From assembly GCA_964557285.1 (NCBI GenBank), contig CAZKZS010000005.1, positions 1 through 44,436 of the forward strand: a DNA stretch of 44,436 bases, in the 5' to 3' direction. The notes beneath the pieces are model-generated. The model was not told where the DNA came from, did no database searches, and saw only the letters and a program-made list of their open reading frames with translations. The translations under genes were made by a program, and so were the position numbers. Of the stretch, positions 34,217 through 41,462 are shown piece by piece; position 1 is the first letter of the stretch; every line of letters begins with the position of its first letter. Origin of the DNA: an uncultured Anaerolineae bacterium. Lineage in GTDB: Bacteria > Chloroflexota > Anaerolineae > Aggregatilineales > J027.

Positions 34217-34887
34217 GCGTGTAAGTCTCCACCTGTTTGATAATACTTGCAGTAGTCCTTTAAAAAACACTGTTCGCAGCGCGGCCTTTGCGCTTTGCAG
34301 ATTTCGCGTCCGTGCCGGATGAAATTCAGATGGTCAGCATAAAAATTTTCTGGTTCAGCAAGCTGTTCCAGATGGTGATGCGCTTTGGTGGCATCCATTT
34401 TTTCATCCACCACCCCTAACCGTCGGGTCACACGATGCACATGGGTATCCACAGGAAAAGCTGGTTTGTTGTAACAGAATAGCAAAATAATAGAGGCCGT
34501 TTTTAACCCGACCCCTTCTATTTGGGTGAGCCATGCCCGCGCATTATTTACATCCATCTCCTGCAAAAAGTCGAGATGAATTTGTCCCTGCTCATCCGAA
34601 ATCTTCTGAAGCGCATTTTTAATGCGCGGCGCTTTCATGTGGGAAAGTCCGGCGGAATAAATGGCCTGCTGGATAGCCTCAACGGGGGCATCCCGCACAC
34701 TTTCCCAGTCAGAGAAACGTGCTTTTAAGCTATAAAAGCCTTTATCCCGATTGGTGTCCGATGTCGCCTGACTCAAAATCGTGCAGACCAGTTCATCTAC
34801 AGGCGGTAAATGCTGCCGCCATTCAGGATACCCGTAATGTTCTCTCAACAAATCGGCAATTTTTTGATAATGTTCTCGACGATCCAT
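34213..34887 (-). CDS. nth: Endonuclease III family DNA glycosylase (HhH-GPD with 4Fe-4S cluster loop)
   Basis: HhH segment IEGVGLKTASIILLF, then FPVDTHVHRVTRRLG, and C-terminal CKAQRPRCEQCFLKDYC (C-x6-C-x2-C-x5-C). ATG 34887 (MDRREHY) overlaps the PfkB stop (TAATG). Confidence 0.85.
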   Translation of the reverse strand: MDRREHYQKIADLLREHYGYPEWRQHLPPVDELVCTILSQATSDTNRDKGFYSLKARFSDWESVRDAPVEAIQQAIYSAGLSHMKAPRIKNALQKISDEQGQIHLDFLQEMDVNNARAWLTQIEGVGLKTASIILLFCYNKPAFPVDTHVHRVTRRLGVVDEKMDATKAHHHLEQLAEPENFYADHLNFIRHGREICKAQRPRCEQCFLKDYCKYYQTGGDLHA

Positions 34888-35822
34888 TAAACAACCAGTG
34901 ACCCATACAACATATCGGGGGTGAGTTCCGGTGAAACACTTTCTTTGCAACGCAGCGTAATCGAAGCGGCAGTCACGCCCAGGCGCATGGCTTCATCCAA
35001 TGGTAAATCATTCAGCAGGCCAAAAATCACCGCCGCCGTGAGTGCATCTCCCGCGCCCGTTTCATCGACAATTTTGGTTTTCACCGCCGGAATATGCCCA
35101 TGATTCGTGCCATCCGAATACGCCAGACCCCGTTCACCTAACGTCACAATGGCAATTTCTGTTCCCATTGAAATCAGGTTGTGGGCGGCCTGAATCGCCG
35201 TATCCAGATCATGGGCGGGAACATCCAGCCCACAAAGGGCGGTGGTTTCGGCAGCGTTAGGTGTTACCAGGTACAACTGGCTGAGTATGGGCTGTAAACG
35301 GCCAGCCCGCACCGGAGAAGTCGGGTCGGCTACCACAGGCAGGTTGTACTGGTCGGCTAGTTCCATCACATACCGCAGCGCATCATCGGTCAGATTTAAG
35401 TCAATCACGACCATCTGCGCTTGCGTAAATAAATCACGGTTGGAATCCAGATAGGCAACATCCACATAAGGCATAATTTCAAAGTCGCTGATGGCCGCTT
35501 CCATACTGTGATCTTTGTCAAACACCGCCATAAATTGACTGGTACGCGCCCCCGGACAGCGACGGGCATGGCTCATGTTAATGCCGGTACGGGTACAGTG
35601 AAAAAATACACTGTCTCCGGCAATATCTTCGCCTAATGCGGTGAGCAGGATGACATTCACATCCAGACGAGCCAGATTTTCCGCGATATTTCGAGCTACC
35701 CCCCCAAACGTGGAGTGAATAGAACCCAGATTATAATTTTTGGGGAGCAGACGTTGATGTGATGTTCCTTTTACATCAATGGCAGCCGCGCCAATCACCA
35801 GCACAGGACTGTCTTCAACCAT
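34887..35822 (-). CDS. PfkB family carbohydrate/nucleoside kinase (pseudouridine-kinase-like)
   Basis: VLVIGAAAIDVKG near the N-terminus, GGVARNIAENLARL, and C-terminal DETGAGDALTAAVIFG. I prefer ATG 35822 (MVEDSPVLVIG). The track start 35972 adds 50 non-conserved residues and would leave almost no divergent intergenic space before metK. Confidence 0.75.
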   Translation of the reverse strand: MVEDSPVLVIGAAAIDVKGTSHQRLLPKNYNLGSIHSTFGGVARNIAENLARLDVNVILLTALGEDIAGDSVFFHCTRTGINMSHARRCPGARTSQFMAVFDKDHSMEAAISDFEIMPYVDVAYLDSNRDLFTQAQMVVIDLNLTDDALRYVMELADQYNLPVVADPTSPVRAGRLQPILSQLYLVTPNAAETTALCGLDVPAHDLDTAIQAAHNLISMGTEIAIVTLGERGLAYSDGTNHGHIPAVKTKIVDETGAGDALTAAVIFGLLNDLPLDEAMRLGVTAASITLRCKESVSPELTPDMLYGSLVV

Positions 35823-35939
35823 GATCTTGCCCTTTAAACCACTATGCACACCTATTGTATCAAAATGCAGGATTTTGGGGACTATTGCCGCTAGGGGTGG
35901 TTTGTGGTAACATGCCGCCAATTTGTAACCTTCGCTTAT

Positions 35940-35965
35940 AACGTCCAGTGGCAGGGCGTTTTTTT
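35940..35965 (+). terminator. Terminator-like hairpin in the metK 5' leader (possible attenuator)
   Basis: AACGTCC (35940-35946) / GGGCGTT (35954-35960) with one G-T pair and loop AGTGGCA, running into seven Ts (35959-35965). No plus-strand gene lies upstream, so it can only act on a metK leader transcript. Confidence 0.35.
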
Positions 35966-36010
35966 CATGCAACAGTAAGGAGTTTTCCGTTGAGCAGCAA
36001 TATCACCTTT

Positions 36011-37207
36011 ATGACCTCACCGAGTTTCTTTTTTACCTCGGAATCGGTAACTGAAGGCCACCCGGACAAAATTTGTGACCAGATTTCTGATGCGATTTTA
36101 GATGCCATTTTGAAAGATGACCCGATGGCACGGGTCGCCTGTGAAACCGGAGTCACCACTGGCCTTATCGTGGTAATGGGAGAAATCACCACCAGCACGT
36201 ATGTCGATATTGGGACGATTGCCCGTGATGTGGTGCGTGATATTGGCTACACACGCGGTAAATTTGGCTTTGATGCGGACACCTGCGGCGTAATCGTGTC
36301 GGTTAAGGAACAGTCAGCGGATATTGCTCAGGGCGTGGACAAAGCGCTGGAAGCCCGCGAAGGGGAAATGTCAGAAGATGAAATTAACGCGGTGGGTGCT
36401 GGCGACCAGGGTATGATGATCGGGTTTGCCTGTGATGAAACCCCCGAATACATGCCGCTAACCATTATGCTGGCGCACAAACTCACCCGCCGTCTGGCAA
36501 CCGTTCGCCGCAATGGAACGGTCCCCTACCTGCGTCCTGATGGCAAAAGTCAGGTCACGGTTGAATATGCGTATGGCAAACCCAAACATATCGACACTGT
36601 GCTTATTTCCACGCAGCACGCTCCCGAAGTGTCCAATGAGCAGATTCGCACTGATGTAATTGAACATGTCATTAAACCTGTTATGCCTGCCGACCTGTTT
36701 GATGATAACACCACGATTTATGTGAATCCTACAGGACGTTTTGTGACGGGCGGCCCCATGGGGGATGCCGGGCTGACAGGCCGTAAAATTATTGTGGATA
36801 CCTACGGCGGGATTGCCCGACATGGCGGCGGTGCGTTTTCAGGGAAGGATGCCACCAAAGTAGACCGTTCTGCGGCATACATGGCGCGGTACGTAGCGAA
36901 AAATGTGGTGGCGGCAGGGCTGGCAGACCGTTTTGAACTGCAGGTTTCCTACGCGATTGGCGTCGCGCACCCGCTTTCCCTGGCGATTGAAACCTTCGGC
37001 ACCAACCGGATTCCCGAAGACCAGATTGAAGCCCTGATTCGGAAACATTTTGACATGCGGCCTGCCGCTATTATGCGAGATTTGAATCTGCGGATGCCTC
37101 AGTTCCGTCAGACAGCCGCTTACGGTCACTTCGGGCGAGATGATTTAAACGTGGCGTGGGAAAAAACAGACCGCGCCGACGCGCTGCGTCGGGATGCCGG
37201 ACTGTAA
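36011..37207 (+). CDS. metK: S-adenosylmethionine synthase
   Basis: [53 protein letters not shown] and [19 protein letters not shown]. Start is ATG 36011, or TTG 35991, which sits 7 nt after AAGGAG. Confidence 0.93.
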   Translation: MTSPSFFFTSESVTEGHPDKICDQISDAILDAILKDDPMARVACETGVTTGLIVVMGEITTSTYVDIGTIARDVVRDIGYTRGKFGFDADTCGVIVSVKEQSADIAQGVDKALEAREGEMSEDEINAVGAGDQGMMIGFACDETPEYMPLTIMLAHKLTRRLATVRRNGTVPYLRPDGKSQVTVEYAYGKPKHIDTVLISTQHAPEVSNEQIRTDVIEHVIKPVMPADLFDDNTTIYVNPTGRFVTGGPMGDAGLTGRKIIVDTYGGIARHGGGAFSGKDATKVDRSAAYMARYVAKNVVAAGLADRFELQVSYAIGVAHPLSLAIETFGTNRIPEDQIEALIRKHFDMRPAAIMRDLNLRMPQFRQTAAYGHFGRDDLNVAWEKTDRADALRRDAGL

Positions 37208-37223
37208 GAGCTATGGAATTGAT

Positions 37224-37252
37224 GTAGGGACACGGCAGTGCCGTGTCCCTAC
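37224..37252. repeat. Perfect 13-bp inverted repeat (hairpin) between convergent metK and the TPR gene
   Basis: GTAGGGACACGGC-AGT-GCCGTGTCCCTAC. There is no flanking T-tract on either strand. The right arm overlaps the TAG stop of the minus-strand gene. Confidence 0.8.
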
Positions 37253-38232
37253 TAAAGTGCCAGCAATACCCCCACCAGCGCCAGCACATTCAACACCGCC
37301 AGCACCCCGATAGCAATTACCAGACTGCGGCTGATTCCTTTTGCAGGCAGTTTTAGTTCGTCGGGAATCTGGCTGTAATACCGCGATGCCTCGCTCAAGA
37401 TACTGGTGCGCGGCTTTTCTGGTGCAAAGGGGTCAGTAGCAGGGGTGCTGTCAAAGCTGTCCAGCGCGCTGCCAAAAACTTCCCGTGCCTCGCTATCATC
37501 CTCAAAGGTAAACCCGCTATCGCCAATTTCATCGAACGTAAAATCATCTTCTATTTCCACAAACGGCATTTTTGCCGACGGTTTGGAGTCCTCCTCAAAA
37601 AAACGGGATGGGGTTTCGTCAAAAAAGCTGGCTGCAGGCGGTGGGCTGGATGTTGGCGCTGGCTCAGATTTTCTTTCAATGACGGGGGGTGGAGGTGGTG
37701 GTGGCGCGGCGGCACGACTGCCCCAGGGATCAGCGATATTTCCCCAGGGGTCAGTATCCCCAAACGGATTATCCTCTGGCGTAACGGCTGGTGTGGGGGC
37801 CGGCCCCACGTTCATCCAATCCGGTTCGGAAGCTGCCGGCGGCGGGCTGCCCCAGGGAGAACTGGTGTCCCCAAAGGGGTTATCCCCGCCGCTAAATGGG
37901 TCGCTGCTGCCGAAGCCCACATTTGCCCAGGGGTCATCTACGGGCGGCGGTGGAACTTCTATTTGTTTAGGGGGTGCAGACGGCGCAGGTGGTGTTTTAC
38001 CCAATTTCTGAAGTGCCTGCCGTGCAACCGTATGGTTTGGATTAATCGACAGCACATTTTCCAGACAGAGAATTTGTTCTTCTTTGCTGTCTACAACCCC
38101 ACTCATGTACAACCAGGCTTCCTCATTTCGCTGGTCAATATCAACCACCATGAGGAGGAGTTCTTTCGCTTTCTTTTTATCGGTTTTCATCAACTGCCGG
38201 GCTTGCGTCAGGAGTTGTGTGACTTCAGACAT
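37252..38232 (-). CDS. Tail-anchored protein: N-terminal TPR-like domain, Pro-rich DPW/NPF/DPF repeat region, acidic segment, C-terminal TM helix
   Basis: ATG 38232 (MSEVTQLL...) lies 11 nt after the ppk stop and is preceded by AAAGGAA. TPR-like segment EAWLYMSGVVDSKEEQILCLENVLSINPNHTVARQALQKLG. The repeats are DDPWAN, SDPFSG, DNPFGD (x2), TDPWGN and ADPWGS, and there is a PPPPPPP run. The last roughly 22 residues (LVIAIGVLAVLNVLALVGVLLAL) are hydrophobic. Confidence 0.65.
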   Translation of the reverse strand: MSEVTQLLTQARQLMKTDKKKAKELLLMVVDIDQRNEEAWLYMSGVVDSKEEQILCLENVLSINPNHTVARQALQKLGKTPPAPSAPPKQIEVPPPPVDDPWANVGFGSSDPFSGGDNPFGDTSSPWGSPPPAASEPDWMNVGPAPTPAVTPEDNPFGDTDPWGNIADPWGSRAAAPPPPPPPVIERKSEPAPTSSPPPAASFFDETPSRFFEEDSKPSAKMPFVEIEDDFTFDEIGDSGFTFEDDSEAREVFGSALDSFDSTPATDPFAPEKPRTSILSEASRYYSQIPDELKLPAKGISRSLVIAIGVLAVLNVLALVGVLLAL

Positions 38233-38243
38233 AGTTGATTCCT

Positions 38244-40370
38244 TTACTGTGCAGATTTGGCATGGTTGATAAACCAATACTGGCTGTCAAAGGGGATTTC
38301 GCCTTCAGCAAGCTGATGACGGATGTATGTGCCATCCGGCTGCAAAATGCGTACTTTGGCTGTATCTCCCAGATGTTTTAACAGCATATGCTCTATAATG
38401 TAATTTCGCAATTCGGGCGATTCAATAGGATAGATGGTTTCCACGCGCCTATCCAGATTACGCGGCATGAGGTCAGCGCTGCCCATGTAAATCTCCGGTT
38501 CGCCACCGTTGGAGAAGTAATAAATGCGCGAATGTTCCAGAAATCGCCCAACAATACTTGTCACTCGAATATTATCGCTGATTCCGGGCAGACCGGGACG
38601 TAAACAGCATATACCGCGCACCACCAGATCAATTTTGACCCCTTCCATTGAAGCGCGGTACAGACGTTTTATCATTTTAAAATCGACCAGCGAGTTCATT
38701 TTAAAAATCAAATGTGCTGGATGCCCGCGCTGCGCGTGTTCGATTTCGCGGTCAATGAGCCAATTGAAAGTAGACCGTAGGTGTTCCGGTGCAACGATGA
38801 GTGTATTGTAATCGACGCTGGGAGCGAATCCGGTCAGGCGGTTAAACAACTGCACCACATCATCGGCAATGTTATCCCGGCAGGTAAACAACGCAATATC
38901 CGTATACAGGCGGGCGGTGCTGGGATTGTAATTCCCCGTGCTGAGATGAACATAGCGCCGCAGCCCATCACTTTCTCGCCGCACCACCAGCACAACCTTA
39001 CTGTGGGTTTTGAGTCCGGGAAAGCCGTAAATGACATGCACGCCCTGGGCTTCCAGCGTTCTGGCCCAGCTAATATTATTTTCCTCATCAAAACGTGCTT
39101 TTAACTCGACCAGCGCCGCCACCTGTTTTTTATTTTCGCGGGCTTCCAGAAGCGCCTCCACAATGGGGGAATTGCTGCCCAACCGATATAGAGTGCATTT
39201 AATTGCCAGCACATCCGGGTCGGTGGCCGCCGCATTGATAAAATCAATGGTCGGGGTAAAAGAGTCATAGGGATGATGCAGCAGGACATCACGCTGCCGA
39301 ATCAGCCTGAACAAATCCTTGCCCGTGTTGATTCCATGCGGGCGGCGCGGCAAAAAACTGGGATAGCGGAGGGCAGGCGCATCGGCATTAGCATATAGAC
39401 TGAAAAGGTCAGACATTCCCAACGGGGCGGGGACTTCATAAACCCTGACTTTAGGGATTTTCATGTAATCCATCAACTGCTTTCGCAGTTCTTCCGGCAT
39501 CGTATCGACCATGGTCACGCGGGTAATTTGCCCAAAAGGACGCTGGCGCAGTCCGGTTTCGATGGTTTCCAGTAAATCGGAGGCTTCTTCTTCTGCGACT
39601 TCAATATCGGTATCGCGGGTAACACGAAACCCATAACTTTCAATGATTCTCATGCCTGTAAACAGCTTATCCAGATTGGCGGCGATAATGTCCTCCAGAA
39701 AGATAAAACTGTTTTCCAGACCGGAAATGTCTCTCTCCCCTTCATCTGCATATTTCATAATTTCGCGCATGGGGACAAAACGTGGAAACACCCCTATCGG
39801 CACTTTGACCCGTGCAAAACGCCGATGGCCTTTCGGGTCTTCTAAAATCACGGCCAGATTCAAACTCAGGTTGGAAATAAAAGGGAAAGGCCGTCCGGGG
39901 TCAACGCCAAGCGGAGTCAGTACCGCGATAATTTCTTCCAGAAAATAGCGGCCTGCTGCCTTACGCTGTGCGGGAGTCAGGTCAGACATATCAAAAATAT
40001 GAATATTCTGCTGTGCCAGCGCTGGACGAATTTCCTCATGAAAACATCGTCGTTGTTCAATCATCATTTCCAGACCCACCCGCCGGATAGCTTCAATTTG
40101 TTCAGTGGGTGTCATCCCATCGGGCGGCAAATCGGTTACTCCGGCGTCAATCTGACTCCACAGGCCAGCAACACGGGTCATAAAAAACTCATCCATATTA
40201 TTTGAAAAAATGGCGAGAAATTTAACCCGTTCCAGCAGCGGCACCTGCTCATCTTGAGCTTCTTCCAACACGCGACGGTTAAATTCCAGCCAGCTTAACT
40301 CCCGGTTGATGTAAAGATGGGGGTCGTTTAAATCCGGCGCTGTTTGTTCTAGTTGAACTTGTTCTTCCAT
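38244..40370 (-). CDS. ppk: Polyphosphate kinase 1
   Basis: YINRELSWLEFNRRVLEEA near the N-terminus, a PLD-type motif KTHSKVVLVVRRE, and C-terminal GSADLMPRNLDRRVE. ATG 40370 (MEEQVQLE) is preferred over the track start 40463. Confidence 0.92.
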   Translation of the reverse strand: MEEQVQLEQTAPDLNDPHLYINRELSWLEFNRRVLEEAQDEQVPLLERVKFLAIFSNNMDEFFMTRVAGLWSQIDAGVTDLPPDGMTPTEQIEAIRRVGLEMMIEQRRCFHEEIRPALAQQNIHIFDMSDLTPAQRKAAGRYFLEEIIAVLTPLGVDPGRPFPFISNLSLNLAVILEDPKGHRRFARVKVPIGVFPRFVPMREIMKYADEGERDISGLENSFIFLEDIIAANLDKLFTGMRIIESYGFRVTRDTDIEVAEEEASDLLETIETGLRQRPFGQITRVTMVDTMPEELRKQLMDYMKIPKVRVYEVPAPLGMSDLFSLYANADAPALRYPSFLPRRPHGINTGKDLFRLIRQRDVLLHHPYDSFTPTIDFINAAATDPDVLAIKCTLYRLGSNSPIVEALLEARENKKQVAALVELKARFDEENNISWARTLEAQGVHVIYGFPGLKTHSKVVLVVRRESDGLRRYVHLSTGNYNPSTARLYTDIALFTCRDNIADDVVQLFNRLTGFAPSVDYNTLIVAPEHLRSTFNWLIDREIEHAQRGHPAHLIFKMNSLVDFKMIKRLYRASMEGVKIDLVVRGICCLRPGLPGISDNIRVTSIVGRFLEHSRIYYFSNGGEPEIYMGSADLMPRNLDRRVETIYPIESPELRNYIIEHMLLKHLGDTAKVRILQPDGTYIRHQLAEGEIPFDSQYWFINHAKSAQ

Positions 40371-40514
40371 AATTAACTTACCTACCAGTACCTCATTGAT
40401 TCTAACCATTATAGGCCGATTTCTCGAAAAATTTGTGAACTTTGTTTGGGAATAACTTCTCATTCCAGTTGGGTTGTGCTATAACCGTGCTAGGCAAACA
40501 GGAGGGCGTGGACT

Positions 40515-40859
40515 TTGACAGATGAACACAACGACCTGAACTGGCTGAATGAATTTGAGGAGCTGGCAGAAGAAGTTTTAGGAGAACAGGAAACCCCCCC
40601 ATGCTATCAGGTGCATCCCCTGATAAGCGACTGGTATGAAGAAACCTTTGCGGACGAGGGGTTAGATTTGCGCCCTTCTGTAATGCAAGCGCTGGCGTGT
40701 CTGGTCACAGAAGTCATGGCCGATATGCCGGAAAATATTTTCAATATTCTGGCAGAAAATATGGATGAGGAAGAAGTCGCCGTCTGGCTGCATGAGGTTC
40801 TGCTGGTTGGCCGCGCTTTTGAGCGTGCGCTCACCACCGGACGGCTGGATGATTTATAG
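40515..40859 (+). CDS. Hypothetical acidic cytoplasmic protein (114 aa)
   Basis: TTG start at 40515, 10 nt after AGGAGG. The ORF is strongly acidic and I recognise no family. The coding call rests on the RBS, the length and its position in an otherwise empty divergent region. Confidence 0.5.
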   Translation: MTDEHNDLNWLNEFEELAEEVLGEQETPPCYQVHPLISDWYEETFADEGLDLRPSVMQALACLVTEVMADMPENIFNILAENMDEEEVAVWLHEVLLVGRAFERALTTGRLDDL

Positions 40860-40867
40860 AAAGTGAA

Positions 40868-40921
40868 CGGTTATCGGTTTTCAGTGACCAGAAAAAACTG
40901 ACGACTGAAAACTGATAACCG
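40868..40921. repeat. 18-bp inverted repeat (17 Watson-Crick pairs plus one G-T) with an 18-nt loop between convergent genes
   Basis: CGGTTATCGGTTTTCAGT (40868-40885) pairs with ACTGAAAACTGATAACCG (40904-40921). Probable bidirectional terminator or protein-binding palindrome. No clean T-tract. Confidence 0.75.
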
Positions 40922-40932
40922 ACACCTTCCCT

Positions 40933-41253
40933 CTAATCGGTCAGTTTGATTTCTTCTACGACTGGTCCGACGCGGTTTTCAAAAAAACCGTAGACCAGCA
41001 GCAGCAAAAAGGTTGTAATCGAAAAACTCAGGCCGCTGCCCACAATCCGCCAGAAATTTAATCCGGCAAAAAGTGCAATAAAAATCACCGGAATCAGGCC
41101 GGAAATGGTGGAACTTGCCAGATAATGGAAAAGTTCTGCCGCCGGCCCGCCGTGAATTTTTTTGCGTTTGCGTGATTCACGCTGCATAAAATATCCAAGT
41201 GCCAGCCCGACGACCAGCCCCGCCGCCAGCACCTGCATCCATTCTTCAGTCAT
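40933..41253 (-). CDS. Small membrane protein (106 aa, about 3 TM helices)
   Basis: ATG 41253 is preceded by GGAGGTGG, 13 nt after the upstream small ORF. Hydrophobic helices are separated by a basic loop, RESRKRKK. It is the last gene of the carbamoyltransferase operon. Confidence 0.6.
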   Translation of the reverse strand: MTEEWMQVLAAGLVVGLALGYFMQRESRKRKKIHGGPAAELFHYLASSTISGLIPVIFIALFAGLNFWRIVGSGLSFSITTFLLLLVYGFFENRVGPVVEEIKLTD

Positions 41254-41266
41254 ACCACCTCCGGCT

Positions 41267-41455
41267 TTAGAACAGGGTGTAAATCATGGGGCCAGCCGGA
41301 CCCGCGTTGGCAACCACAATCAAAATGGCAAACAGCAGCAGCGCCACCACCATCGGAATCAGCCACCACATTTTGGCACGCCACAGGAACACCAGCAGTT
41401 CGCCCACAATCCCCAAGCGGGAAACAAAATCATTCACACGTTCTCTCACCATCAT
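41267..41455 (-). CDS. Tiny single-TM protein of the type found next to NodU/CmcH carbamoyltransferases (DUF5989-like)
   Basis: ...ELLVFLWRAKMWWLIPMVVALLLFAILIVVANAGPAGPMIYTLF matches, from memory, the K-K-W-W-L...FIYTLF pattern of DUF5989. The SD GGAGGA abuts the first ATG, so ATG 41452 or GTG 41449 may be the true start. Confidence 0.6.
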   Translation of the reverse strand: MMVRERVNDFVSRLGIVGELLVFLWRAKMWWLIPMVVALLLFAILIVVANAGPAGPMIYTLF

Positions 41456-41462
41456 TCCTCCA

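Noticed and set aside
34217-34270. Upstream extension of the GAF kinase (MFFKGLLQVLSNRWRLTR…).
   Set aside because: It overlaps the Fe-S cluster-coding 3' end of nth. ATG 34216 forms the typical ATGA overlap.
35823-35972. 50-codon N-terminal extension of the PfkB kinase gene.
   Set aside because: PfkB kinases start close to the V-x-V-I-G-x-x-x-x-D strand. The extension would leave under 40 nt for two divergent promoters and would bury the metK leader hairpin in coding sequence. It is kept as an alternative in the metK-leader finding.
35823-36010. Attempt to call a SAM-I riboswitch upstream of metK.
   Set aside because: I could not find the conserved SAM-I core blocks, nor a convincing match to other SAM classes by eye. 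I report only a leader hairpin and request a covariance-model search.
37406-38011. 201-aa plus-strand ORF rich in Gly/Ser/Ala (…GGGGGGGAAARLPQGS…).
   Set aside because: It is the antisense mirror of the Pro-rich repeat region of the minus-strand TPR gene (CCN codons read as GGN). It has no RBS, and the minus-strand gene has the coherent domain structure and coupling to ppk1.
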